A stretch of DNA of 59,320 bases from assembly GCA_045606465.1 (NCBI GenBank), contig JAZURZ010000056.1:1-59320 (forward strand), written 5' to 3'. This document shows positions 38,872 through 47,757 of the stretch, one piece after another; the stretch's first letter is position 1; each line of letters opens with the position of its first letter. The stretch is from Clostridia bacterium. Lineage in GTDB: Bacteria; Bacillota; Clostridia; UBA1381. Made by a program: the position numbers and the translations under genes. Below the pieces are notes generated by a model. That model was not told the origin of the DNA. It did no database searches and saw nothing but the letters and a program-made list of their open reading frames with translations.

Positions 38872-39063
38872 GTTTGGTGGTTATGCCACACATAATATAA
38901 ATCCGTAGAAAGCAGGTATCCTCATTAAAAAAGGGGTGTAAATCCAGCCGAGGGTGTTTTAGAAATCGAATAAGCTTGATTTTTAATGCTCTTTGCACGT
39001 TCTACGGCAAAGAGCTTTCAATTTTTTGAAAGCTAAACAGCTTTATGGGAGGTGAACTAAAAA
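38872..39063 (+). ncRNA. ribosomal protein L10 leader (autoregulatory 5' UTR with attenuator hairpin)
   Basis: About 190-nt untranslated leader between the promoter and rplJ. It ends in GCTCTTTGC ... GCAAAGAGC (38988-39015) followed by TTTCAATTTTTT, the position and layout of the Firmicutes L10 leader. Confidence 0.65.
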
Positions 39064-39744
39064 ATGCCAAGTGAAAAAGTTTTAGAAGCAAAGAAAGCAC
39101 AGGTTGCAGAACTTATTGAAACATTAAAGAGCGCTACAACAGGTGTACTTGTTGACTACAGAGGTTTAACTGTTGAAGAAGACACTAAGCTCAGAAATGA
39201 TTTAAGAGCAGCAGGCGTGCAATACTTCGTTGTAAAGAACACATTGCTTCGTTTGGCAGCAAAGGAAACAGGTCTTGATGGATTGGATGAAATTCTTCAC
39301 GGACCAACAGCTTTGGCAATATCAGAGGACGCAGTTGCTCCTGCAAAGGTATTGGCAGAGTTTGCAAAAGGTAACGACAAAATGCAACTCAAATCTGGTT
39401 TCATGGAGGGAAAGGTATTATCCTTAGACGAGCTCACAACGCTTGCAAAAACTCCAAACAAGGAAACTCTTATCGCAAAGGTTATGGGCAGCTTGAACTC
39501 ACCAATTTCTGGTCTTGCAAGATTGCTTAGCACAATCGTTGACGGCGGAGTGGAAATTCAGGATTTGATAGCTAAGAAGGCAGGCGAGGCTGTAGAGGAA
39601 GCTCCCGCAGAAGAACCTGCAAAAGAAGAAGCTCCTGCTGAAGAGGCAGTAGCTCCTGAAGAGGCTCCTGCAGAAGAAGCAGCACCTGTAGAGGAAGCTC
39701 CTGCAGAAGAAACCAAAGAAGAAGCATCAGCAGATGCAGAATAA
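39064..39744 (+). CDS. rplJ: 50S ribosomal protein L10 with about 54-aa Glu/Ala/Pro-rich C-terminal extension
   Basis: Canonical L10 through about residue 172, then EAVEEAPAEEPAKEEAPAEEAVAPEEAPAEEAAPVEEAPAEETKEEASADAE. Confidence 0.95.
   Translation: MPSEKVLEAKKAQVAELIETLKSATTGVLVDYRGLTVEEDTKLRNDLRAAGVQYFVVKNTLLRLAAKETGLDGLDEILHGPTALAISEDAVAPAKVLAEFAKGNDKMQLKSGFMEGKVLSLDELTTLAKTPNKETLIAKVMGSLNSPISGLARLLSTIVDGGVEIQDLIAKKAGEAVEEAPAEEPAKEEAPAEEAVAPEEAPAEEAAPVEEAPAEETKEEASADAE
39595..39715 (+). repeat. imperfect in-frame tandem repeats encoding (E)EAPAEE units
   Basis: GAAGCTCC[C/T]GC[A/T]GAAGA-type units recur four times with a period of about 30-36 nt. Confidence 0.7.
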
Positions 39745-39773
39745 TTAAAAAACGATATAGGAGGTAAAAAACA

Positions 39774-40145
39774 ATGGCAGACGTACAGAAAATCTTAGAT
39801 GATATTAAAGAATTAAAATTGTTGGAAGTAGCTGAATTAGTTAAGCTTATGGAAGAGGAATTTGGTGTTAGCGCAGCAGCTCCCGTAATGGTAGCAGGCG
39901 CAGCAGCAGAAGGCGGCGCAGCAGCAGCTGAGCAGAGCGAATTTGAAGTTATCCTTGCTGATGCAGGTGCTTCAAAGCTTGGCGTAATCAAGGTTGTAAG
40001 AGAAATCACAGGTCTTGGCTTGAAGGAAGCAAAGGCATTGGTTGACGAGGCTCCAAAGCCCTTGAAGTCAGGCGTTGATAAGGACGAGGCTGAATCAATC
40101 AAGGCTAAGCTTGAAGAAGCTGGTGCAAAGGTTGAGTTGAAATAA
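39774..40145 (+). CDS. rplL: 50S ribosomal protein L7/L12
   Basis: 123 aa with an Ala-rich hinge and C-terminal [34 protein letters not shown]. Confidence 0.98.
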   Translation: MADVQKILDDIKELKLLEVAELVKLMEEEFGVSAAAPVMVAGAAAEGGAAAAEQSEFEVILADAGASKLGVIKVVREITGLGLKEAKALVDEAPKPLKSGVDKDEAESIKAKLEEAGAKVELK

Positions 40146-40147
40146 TC

Positions 40148-40666
40148 ATGATTATTGACCTATCCGAAATAATTAAGGATTACGGCGGTAAAATGATAAT
40201 TTCATCACCTGTTAAAATGGACGATACTGTCTTTTTGGGAGAATCGTTTGTTTTTGAAGAGCCTTTCAATGTAGATGGAACAATCACAAATAACACTAAA
40301 TCCTTGGAGCTTAAGGCAAAGGTGGAGGGGAAATGCAGAGTGCATTGTGCACGTTGTGGAAAGCCTTTCTGCGTGAGCGTTAAGTTTCGTATGAATGAAA
40401 ATCTCATAAGCGAGGAAAGTAGTGTTGCAGAGGATGATGAAGCAGTGGTATTTTCAGGCGAAAAGCTTGACATTACCGACATTGTCTTAAATAACTTCCT
40501 CATGAATGTTTCGGGAAAATATCTTTGCAATGAAAATTGCAAGGGCTTGTGTCATAAATGCGGAAAAGACCTTAATGAAGGCGACTGCGATTGTGATACA
40601 GAGGATATTGATCCACGTTGGGCAGGCTTGCAGGAAATCATGAAGAATATGACTGATACCGAATAG
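40148..40666 (+). CDS. yceD: YceD-family (DUF177) 23S rRNA accumulation protein
   Basis: 172 aa with Cys motifs CARCGK ... C.E.CKGLCHKCGKDLNEGDCDC and DPRWAGL. It precedes rpmF as usual. Confidence 0.85.
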   Translation: MIIDLSEIIKDYGGKMIISSPVKMDDTVFLGESFVFEEPFNVDGTITNNTKSLELKAKVEGKCRVHCARCGKPFCVSVKFRMNENLISEESSVAEDDEAVVFSGEKLDITDIVLNNFLMNVSGKYLCNENCKGLCHKCGKDLNEGDCDCDTEDIDPRWAGLQEIMKNMTDTE

Positions 40667-40682
40667 GAGGTGCGATTAAGAT

Positions 40683-40865
40683 ATGGCAGTACCTAAGGGT
40701 AAAGTATCGAGATCAAGAAGAGATAAAAGACGCGCGAACTGGAAGTTGACAGTTCCGGGCATGGTAGAATGTCCGCAGTGTCATGAATACAAGATGCCTC
40801 ATAAGGTTTGTAAGGCTTGTGGCTATTACAATGGTAAAGAGGTAATCAAGGTTTCTGAAAACTAA
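40683..40865 (+). CDS. rpmF: 50S ribosomal protein L32
   Basis: [18 protein letters not shown] with Zn ribbon CPQC...CKACG. Confidence 0.95.
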   Translation: MAVPKGKVSRSRRDKRRANWKLTVPGMVECPQCHEYKMPHKVCKACGYYNGKEVIKVSEN

Positions 40866-40871
40866 AAAATG

Positions 40872-40913
40872 AAAAGCTTACAGAAAAGGATTTCTTTTCT
40901 GTAAGCTTTTTTT
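40872..40913 (+). terminator. strong rho-independent terminator after rpmF
   Basis: AAAAGCTTACAGAAAAG ... CTTTTCTGTAAGCTTTT 17-bp stem followed by a T-run. Confidence 0.85.
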
Positions 40914-40968
40914 GTGTCTTTAAAAAAAGGAAAGAGAGAATGAATTTTATAAAAAAACTATTTGTAAA

Positions 40969-41211
40969 TTATTCTTTTGCCTCTTCTGACATTTTCTCAC
41001 GTGCAAGATTGCAAAAATATCTATATTTCATTTCGGCAGCCTTTATTTGAAATATAAGTCTGTCAGATTGCAGATTATTTGACGAAAAATTAAAAATTTC
41101 ATTTAATCTTTTAAGCTCAAGCTTTGCATTTTTAAGCTCTTGTAATATCTCTAACCTTTCTTTTCTATGTTGAGGAGTTTCTTTTAATGAAGAGTTTTTG
41201 TTGAAAATCAA
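40969..41211 (-). CDS. YaaL-like (DUF2508) small protein
   Basis: AAAGGAGG SD 9 nt before TTG 41211. The 80-aa coiled product ends IKAAEMKYRYFCNLAREK, resembling B. subtilis YaaL (AEAKYFFLFKEAKE). The longer track ORF to 41391 lacks an SD. Confidence 0.5.
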   Translation of the reverse strand: MIFNKNSSLKETPQHRKERLEILQELKNAKLELKRLNEIFNFSSNNLQSDRLIFQIKAAEMKYRYFCNLAREKMSEEAKE

Positions 41212-41360
41212 AGGTATCAGCCTCCTTTTTATGTTAGTATATGGAAAAATTATCATCATATACAAAAAAATAGAGTCAATTTTTTGAAGGGCAGAGAATA
41301 TAGTATAATAGTAGCCCGATATTTTAAAAAGATTTTCGCCTATGGAAAGGATTGATGGAT

Positions 41361-41624
41361 ATGAATAATGATGTTGAAAAAAAATTAGCAAGCTTGTTGT
41401 CGGGGATTAATCCTGCAGTTTTAAAAAATGCAAATTTGGAAAAGCTTTTAAATTCAGAGCAAGGCAAAAAAATAGCAAAAAGCCTTTCTGATAGCGACCG
41501 TCAGAAGATTGTTTCAAGCTTTATGAATATGAGTAATGAAGAAATAAAAAATAAGATTAATAAGATGAAAACATCAGAACTTTCAGGATTATCGGCAGAA
41601 GAAATTTTAAAAAAGCTGAGGTGA
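41361..41624 (+). CDS. hypothetical small hydrophilic protein
   Basis: GGAAAGGA SD 9 nt before ATG 41361. 87 aa, Lys/Ser/Asn-rich, no recognised family. Confidence 0.5.
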   Translation: MNNDVEKKLASLLSGINPAVLKNANLEKLLNSEQGKKIAKSLSDSDRQKIVSSFMNMSNEEIKNKINKMKTSELSGLSAEEILKKLR

Positions 41625-41630
41625 TTTTTT

Positions 41631-41933
41631 ATGCAAAATGATATCATGGATACCTTAAAAGGGGTTTTGGGTGACAATGCAGAGGAAAAAATTCAAAGTG
41701 CCTTGAGTATGCTCCAACCTATGTCAGAAAATAATGGCGTTGAAGCTCAGAGTAATGATATTGATTTTTCCAATCAGATAAAAAGTCTGATGGGACAAAT
41801 GGCAAACAGTAACGACAGCCGCTCAAATCTTTTAATGTCATTAAAGCCATATATGCGAGGGGAAAGACAAAAAAGCATAGATAATGCAGTAAAAATTCTC
41901 AATTTAACAAGACTTACAGGATTATTTAAATAA
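41631..41933 (+). CDS. hypothetical small protein
   Basis: GAGGTG SD 7 nt upstream, 6 nt after the previous stop. 100 aa, no recognised family. Confidence 0.55.
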   Translation: MQNDIMDTLKGVLGDNAEEKIQSALSMLQPMSENNGVEAQSNDIDFSNQIKSLMGQMANSNDSRSNLLMSLKPYMRGERQKSIDNAVKILNLTRLTGLFK

Positions 41934-42022
41934 AAGCTTTGAAAATCCAATTTTGTTTTTGTTATAATTACAGATAGTTTCAAAATATGTTAAAAGGGTG
42001 GAAAGGAATGATTTTTTAAAAA

Positions 42023-42292
42023 ATGTATAGGAAGTATTATAGCTATAATGATATGCCGCAGGCAGCACATCGTACCATAAAAGAGGTCAATGCTTCTTCT
42101 GCGCAAATTATTGAAAAGAATAAAGAACAACCACCTGCCAATAATAAAAAAACAGGCGGTTTTTTAGAAAATATTGAAAGTGACGATATAATTTTAGCGG
42201 TAATTGTGCTTATACTTCTTTTAAATGATTGCGATGACAAGTTGCTTTTGCTTGCCCTCGCATTTGTTTTCATAAGTGGCGTTGAAAGATAA
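42023..42292 (+). CDS. hypothetical small membrane protein
   Basis: 89 aa with a C-terminal hydrophobic stretch IILAVIVLILLLNDCDDKLLLLALAFVFISG. The SD is weak. Confidence 0.45.
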   Translation: MYRKYYSYNDMPQAAHRTIKEVNASSAQIIEKNKEQPPANNKKTGGFLENIESDDIILAVIVLILLLNDCDDKLLLLALAFVFISGVER

Positions 42293-42296
42293 AAAA

Positions 42297-42337
42297 AGAT
42301 GAGATTTTAAAATTCTGCCGCTTTTAAAATCTCATCT
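42297..42337. terminator. bidirectional terminator between convergent genes
   Basis: Perfect 16-bp stem AGATGAGATTTTAAAA / TTTTAAAATCTCATCT, with an A-run before it. Confidence 0.8.
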
Positions 42338-42350
42338 GACAATAAGTTCT

Positions 42351-43547
42351 TTATTTGATTTCTACACTCACAGTGGGAGAGTGGTTAACAATAACACCGG
42401 TGTTTTCGGTGATAAAAACTACAGGAATATGATAAATGCCGGCGCTTAAGCCACTCAAATCCACCTTGGCTTTAACCTCTTTCATTTTACTTTTTGCACC
42501 TGTAAGCTCTACCGCTAATTTAGAGGGAATAATTGTTGCAGAAAGCCCTGAGGGGATATTTTCAGCTATGATATCAAAGGATACCAATTCCGTTGTAATT
42601 TTTTCTATGTCAGCGGTCATCATAAGCTCTTCGGTTTGCTCAGGGCAATATACATTTTCGGGGATTATAAGCTTCATTTGATATTTGTTTGAGCCTGATG
42701 CGGTTATACCATCAGCAAAATCAGCGTAAATTGTGGTTATTTCATCAGCCTTACCTATTTCTATACCTATTTCAATTTTATCCTTGGAAAAGCTTTTCAC
42801 AATGACCTGATATCCCGATATGTCGATGTCAGGATTAAGAACAATGGGAATAGTTTTTCTTGAATATATTTTATTGGACACCTCTATTGCAGACAAGCCT
42901 GAAACAACCTTGTTTTTGGGAGTAATTATGTCATGCTCGGCAGATGCAAAGGCAATGGAATATCTGTCTGAATTGTCGGAGGTCATGGAGGATACATCGA
43001 TTGACAAATAAGCCTCTTTAATAAGAATAATATCAGATGAAGCACCTTTTATTTGTATGGTGTCAATAGCAGGGGTGCTTTTTACAATATAATCTTTATT
43101 TTTGTCTGCACCTGTCTGGCGAATATACACCGGCACTTCTTTGGTTATAGAATTTTCAACTTTTACTGTCACTGATGAGAATTTATTCTTGGTAATCATA
43201 ACCGAGGGATTAGGAATTGTAAAGGTAAGATTTTCAGAATATTCTCCCGCCTCTGTTATGTCGGACAGGTCTATTGTAGCAGAAATTGAGTTTAGTATGC
43301 TTTTTACGTCGCTGCGTCTTCCGCGGACATCTATTGAAATGGGCGGCAGCTCATCACGATCAACAAAAATGAGGTTGTTTTTTTGCAAATTATTTTCACC
43401 CAATGTGTTAATTTCAATATTGTTTATTGTAAGATTAATTTCAGGGTCTTCTGAATATGTTATGGCGAACCATAACACGATAGCTGAAAAGAAAGATAGT
43501 ATCTGCAGAAGATATTTTTTTGCCACAGGAGGATTTTTTTTCTTCAT
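42351..43547 (-). CDS. cdaR: YbbR-domain protein CdaR (regulator of diadenylate cyclase)
   Basis: 398 aa with an N-terminal TM segment and repeated YbbR-like beta domains. It overlaps cdaA by 4 nt. Confidence 0.85.
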   Translation of the reverse strand: MKKKNPPVAKKYLLQILSFFSAIVLWFAITYSEDPEINLTINNIEINTLGENNLQKNNLIFVDRDELPPISIDVRGRRSDVKSILNSISATIDLSDITEAGEYSENLTFTIPNPSVMITKNKFSSVTVKVENSITKEVPVYIRQTGADKNKDYIVKSTPAIDTIQIKGASSDIILIKEAYLSIDVSSMTSDNSDRYSIAFASAEHDIITPKNKVVSGLSAIEVSNKIYSRKTIPIVLNPDIDISGYQVIVKSFSKDKIEIGIEIGKADEITTIYADFADGITASGSNKYQMKLIIPENVYCPEQTEELMMTADIEKITTELVSFDIIAENIPSGLSATIIPSKLAVELTGAKSKMKEVKAKVDLSGLSAGIYHIPVVFITENTGVIVNHSPTVSVEIK

Positions 43548-44392
43548 TTGGAATTCCCCTTCCAGAATTTTATTCTGTCCAAATCATTTTTTGTGTTTTG
43601 CGAGGACAGTCCGCGAACAAGTGCGTGTTTCAAAGTTACATCAACAACATTTCGTGTAAGTGTGCCATTTACAGCTAATGAAATTTTTCCGGTTTCTTCG
43701 CTTATGACAATAACAATGGCGTCGGAATTTTCTGACATTCCAAGAGCCGCACGATGTCTTGTGCCAAGCTCTCTTGGGAGATTAGCATTTGAAGTTAATG
43801 GCAAAAGACAGCCTGCTGTGAATATTTTTTCATCCCTTATTATAACTGCACCATCGTGGAGCGGCGTGTTTGGGACAAATATGTTTTCAAGCAGAGCTGA
43901 GGTTATCTCTGCATTTATTGGAGTTCCTGTCTTTATAACATCACCAAGCTTGGTGGTTCTCTCCAAAACAATCAAAGCTCCCGTCTTAGAACGTGACAGG
44001 TTTGTGCAGGCATTAACAATTTCCTGAATATATATATCAAGTTCTTCATTATCAATTTGGTTGTTGCCAAAGACAATTAAAGAGCCTGCCTTTGAGCGCC
44101 CAAGACGTTCTAATATGTTACGAAGCTCGGGCTGGAAGATTACCACGATTGCAAAAAGACCTATCTGCATAGTGTTTCTTAACAAGAAATTCATTGTGGT
44201 AAGATTAAGCCATGCGCTTATTTGCAAAGCGAAAAACAAAATGACAATTCCCTTTACAAGCTGAACCGCACGGGTTTCCCTTATCATTTTCAAAAGATTA
44301 TAAAGAAGTATTGCAACTATGACAATATCTATAATATCAGTGATTTTTAAAAGCTTTAAAAAATCGCTGACATATTGCATTAAAAGATCCAC
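43544..44392 (-). CDS. cdaA: membrane diadenylate cyclase CdaA
   Basis: Three N-terminal TM segments and a DAC domain with GALIV, HDGAVII and LGTRHRAALG motifs. Confidence 0.94.
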   Translation of the reverse strand: MDLLMQYVSDFLKLLKITDIIDIVIVAILLYNLLKMIRETRAVQLVKGIVILFFALQISAWLNLTTMNFLLRNTMQIGLFAIVVIFQPELRNILERLGRSKAGSLIVFGNNQIDNEELDIYIQEIVNACTNLSRSKTGALIVLERTTKLGDVIKTGTPINAEITSALLENIFVPNTPLHDGAVIIRDEKIFTAGCLLPLTSNANLPRELGTRHRAALGMSENSDAIVIVISEETGKISLAVNGTLTRNVVDVTLKHALVRGLSSQNTKNDLDRIKFWKGNSK

Positions 44393-44584
44393 TTTTTCAC
44401 CCTCCTACAATATACAAAATAGCTATTATATTTATTATACTATATTTTTTTAAAGATTGCCAGCATAAATCGAAAAAATATTAAAAAAATCTTGTTTATT
44501 CTATTTGTGTGTGATATAATTGAGTAAAGAAAAGTTTTTCTCTTTAAAAAAATGTAGTTTATACATAAAATTTCGGAGGTACTT

Positions 44585-45673
44585 ATGAAAAAGAAAATTT
44601 TGATTTTACTTGCAGCCGTTGCAATGCTTTTTTCTGTTACAGCACTTGCAGATTCCCCCAAAACTCCTAAAATAATAGTTGATGAGCGCGAATTGGTTTT
44701 TGATGACCAACAGCCTGTAATTGTTGAGGAAACTCAAAGAACACTTATCCCATTGAGATTTGTTTTGGAATCAGCAGGCGCAAAGGTTACATGGAATGGT
44801 GAAGAAAGAACTGTCACAGTTGATGCGGGTGATAATCGTAACAGAGTGGTGCTTACAATTGACAGTGACGAAATGCAGGTGTTTTTCTATCCATCTGTTA
44901 CAGGGTACATACAAGAAACTGTAAAGCTTGACCAGGCACCAATTATAATGAACGAAAGAACAATGATTCCAGTGCGTGCAGTCCTTGAGTCTATTGGCGC
45001 AAAGGTAGAGTGGGATCAGGAAAATCATGTTATCAATATCACATCAAGAGCTTATACAAGATATTTAAGAGATATGGGCGTTAAAGGCTACGAGGTTGAA
45101 TATCCTCTTTCAAATGGCAACACTTCCTTTGACCAGAAAATAAAAAGAGAAGAGGCAACAGAATACAATCCCGAGGTTGACCTTCCTACACTCTGGCTCT
45201 CTTCCGAGGCTGAAAAAGCAGGAGTTGAAGAGGAATTTGTGGTTTATCTCAATGTTAAAAATGTTGATAAAATCGGAAAATCACCATTGCTTTCTTCCTT
45301 TACTTTAACACTTATTTATGACCATGAAAAGGTTGGACTCATTGACTATGAACTTTTAAAAGGCGGAGAGACATATAAGGCTGTTATAGACGCTTCAAAT
45401 ACAGAATTTACATCAGATTCTGCAAAAATTGCAGTAGTTGCAGATCTTGGCTTGGAGGATAAGGAGCCAACAAAGGACGAGGCAATTTTGAAGCTTACCT
45501 TTGTGTCTATAACTGAAGAGCCTGCCGAAATTGCAATTTCAACAAGGTCTAATTCAAAATATGGTATGGACACAAGCTTTACATTCAAGTCAGATGATAA
45601 AAATTTCACCTTAGACGATGTAAATGAGCTTAACATTGACACTACACCTGTTGTTATAAATGCAGCAGAATAA
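44585..45673 (+). CDS. secreted protein with duplicated copper-amine-oxidase N-terminal-like (stalk) domain and cohesin-like C-terminal domain
   Basis: Signal peptide MKKKILILLAAVAMLFSVTALA. Repeats RTLIPLRFVLESAGAKVTWNGEERTVTV and RTMIPVRAVLESIGAKVEWDQENHVINI. The C-terminal beta-rich domain is called cohesin-like by resemblance only. Confidence 0.65.
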   Translation: MKKKILILLAAVAMLFSVTALADSPKTPKIIVDERELVFDDQQPVIVEETQRTLIPLRFVLESAGAKVTWNGEERTVTVDAGDNRNRVVLTIDSDEMQVFFYPSVTGYIQETVKLDQAPIIMNERTMIPVRAVLESIGAKVEWDQENHVINITSRAYTRYLRDMGVKGYEVEYPLSNGNTSFDQKIKREEATEYNPEVDLPTLWLSSEAEKAGVEEEFVVYLNVKNVDKIGKSPLLSSFTLTLIYDHEKVGLIDYELLKGGETYKAVIDASNTEFTSDSAKIAVVADLGLEDKEPTKDEAILKLTFVSITEEPAEIAISTRSNSKYGMDTSFTFKSDDKNFTLDDVNELNIDTTPVVINAAE

Positions 45674-45675
45674 AT

Positions 45676-45713
45676 AAAAAATAATTGCAGCAAATTTGCT
45701 GCAATTATTTTTT
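45676..45713. terminator. bidirectional terminator (palindrome)
   Basis: AAAAAATAATTGCAGCAAA / TTTGCTGCAATTATTTTTT. Confidence 0.8.
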
Positions 45714-45723
45714 ATTTAAAATT

Positions 45724-47757
45724 TTAAGGACAATATTTTTTTAAAACATCAGGTAAATCTTCTGCATTTGAGTCAATATGAAAATTAAAGGTATGCCCAT
45801 TTTTTAAAACAATCTCTACAGATATACTATGCTCATTAATCGGGAATAGGAAACTAAACTGACGGCTGTTTATATATTCATAAATTTCTGCTATTTCCTT
45901 GGGGTCTTGGGTTGCTTTTGAAAATTCCCAATACCTGTCAGAAAATTCATAAGTAATAACAGAAGATGACTCAGGCTTTGCATATCCGAGATTATTAAAA
46001 TAGTTAAAACCAATCATCTCGATATCTTTTGCAGTTGGAAGAGAATTGTAAAATCCAAGCTCGTCAAGAAGCTTAATAGTTTCTTTGTAGTCACTTCTTA
46101 CATAATAGGTTTCAATGTTGGTTGGCAATAATTCATATTCAACTGTTTCGCCATTTTCATATTTTCCTTCCTGAGTATAAGAAAGTCTTATTCTTGTAAA
46201 TTGATTTTTGCTATCTGCAAAGCTTTCATAAGCTGTGGTCATTGTATCCTTTTTAAGCGCCTCTAAAATTTTTAAAGCCTCAGGTGAATTTGCGTCATAT
46301 TTAAATTTTTCCGAGTTTGTACGAGTGTCATATACATTGACCGATATATAGTCTTTTTGTGCCTTTTCCATAAGAATAGGGAAGTATATCTTTCTTATCT
46401 CTTCACTTTCTATTATTGGCTTAAGGAGTTTTTTATGAAAATTGTAATCTGCAAGATAGTATCTTGATAAAGTTCTTCCGTTTTTAAGCTTGTAGGAAAT
46501 ATTTATTCTGACAGGATTTAAAGGGCTAAAATCCCTATTTTCAATAAGCTCCTTATGCAGAAGAATAACATTTTCTATATCCAGAGAAGATGTAAGGTCG
46601 GTGACATCTTCATCTTCAGGATATATAATTTTGTCTCCATTTTTTGTATAGCCCGAATAAGTTCTTTCATTCACTCCATTTGTAAAGCTGACAGACTCTA
46701 TTTTTTCCAAAGAAGGAACCCTTCTTTCATATCCTGATAAATCTATCTGGAACGCAAATTGCAATACACAAATTGAAAGTGAAAATATAATAAGTGATTT
46801 AAAAATTTTTCTTGGCTTTAGAGTTTTTTGTGCAATCATTTGTGCAATTATAATTCCCAATATACCAAAAGGAATTAAGAAAAGAATATTGTTTAAGCTA
46901 AAAAGGGAAGACAAATATGCATAACCTGCAGCGCCTGCACATATTCCGACGCCATACACAAAAATTGCCCTCAATTTTGGAAATGCAACAATTTCTGCAT
47001 TGTATTCAAGCTTTCGCTTTTTGTATATAAAATATGCAAATATGAAAAAGAGAATTGCAAAAATTATATATTTTATCATACCAAGCGGAGCCTCGTACAT
47101 TGCGTCGGGGAAGGAGTATAAAAAGTTTGAAATCACATTTTCAGATGAGGCGGAATATCCAAATAAATGCTGCTCCAAAAATGCTTTTATACAAACCTCT
47201 GCCATTACAGGAAGGACTGCAAATATGTAAGAAAATACAATTCCTGCAACTGTATTTGCAAGTATCATCATAACCATTGAGGAGAACGCAAATATCATAA
47301 GATTGTAAATGGTATATGAAGCAGCCCACAGGAATAAATTTTTTGCATTAAAGCTTGTTGCAATGTCAGGGTCAAGGCGGAAGAGAAGAAAAATAATCAC
47401 ATTTAAAACTATAGGAAAAATAAGTATTATTCCACCGCTTAAAATATGTGAGGCAAAAAAAGTTTTTCTTTTTACAGGCAAGCCATGCAGGCAGGCTACT
47501 GCCTGAGATGAATTTATGTATGAAAATATTATTGCTGCAAGCATGACAGGAAATATGCAGGCAAAAGCTGTGACTGCACCTCCCATATTGAGAAAACGCT
47601 CATCTGAAAGGATAGGAAATCTTTCAAAAACATAATCTATGTATATAGCAGTGAAAAAGATTAGTATGCAAAGTGCATTCAATGCGCCTACCCACCAGAA
47701 ACGTTTTAAGTCGGATTTTATAATGCTCTTATTAAAGAATGATGTTTTCAAATTCAT
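45724..47757 (-). CDS. ABC-transporter-associated polytopic membrane protein with about 335-aa C-terminal non-membrane domain
   Basis: 677 aa. Residues about 20-335 contain many hydrophobic helices; residues about 340-677 are hydrophilic. It overlaps the upstream ATPase gene by 26 nt. Confidence 0.7.
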   Translation of the reverse strand: MNLKTSFFNKSIIKSDLKRFWWVGALNALCILIFFTAIYIDYVFERFPILSDERFLNMGGAVTAFACIFPVMLAAIIFSYINSSQAVACLHGLPVKRKTFFASHILSGGIILIFPIVLNVIIFLLFRLDPDIATSFNAKNLFLWAASYTIYNLMIFAFSSMVMMILANTVAGIVFSYIFAVLPVMAEVCIKAFLEQHLFGYSASSENVISNFLYSFPDAMYEAPLGMIKYIIFAILFFIFAYFIYKKRKLEYNAEIVAFPKLRAIFVYGVGICAGAAGYAYLSSLFSLNNILFLIPFGILGIIIAQMIAQKTLKPRKIFKSLIIFSLSICVLQFAFQIDLSGYERRVPSLEKIESVSFTNGVNERTYSGYTKNGDKIIYPEDEDVTDLTSSLDIENVILLHKELIENRDFSPLNPVRINISYKLKNGRTLSRYYLADYNFHKKLLKPIIESEEIRKIYFPILMEKAQKDYISVNVYDTRTNSEKFKYDANSPEALKILEALKKDTMTTAYESFADSKNQFTRIRLSYTQEGKYENGETVEYELLPTNIETYYVRSDYKETIKLLDELGFYNSLPTAKDIEMIGFNYFNNLGYAKPESSSVITYEFSDRYWEFSKATQDPKEIAEIYEYINSRQFSFLFPINEHSISVEIVLKNGHTFNFHIDSNAEDLPDVLKKYCP

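Noticed and set aside
39572-40102. 176-aa minus-strand ORF spanning the rplJ tail and rplL
   Set aside because: It is antisense to two certain ribosomal protein genes. Its low-complexity product is generated by the GAAGCTCCTGC repeats and Ala-rich codons. It has no SD or independent context.
41212-41391. Upstream 60 codons of the 140-aa minus-strand ORF
   Set aside because: The product is hydrophobic and low-complexity with no SD. It overlaps the start of the divergent 41361 ORF. AAAGGAGG plus TTG at 41211 gives a YaaL-sized product.
43102-44027. 185-aa and 159-aa plus-strand ORFs
   Set aside because: They are antisense to cdaR and cdaA, both well-supported genes. No SD or family resemblance.
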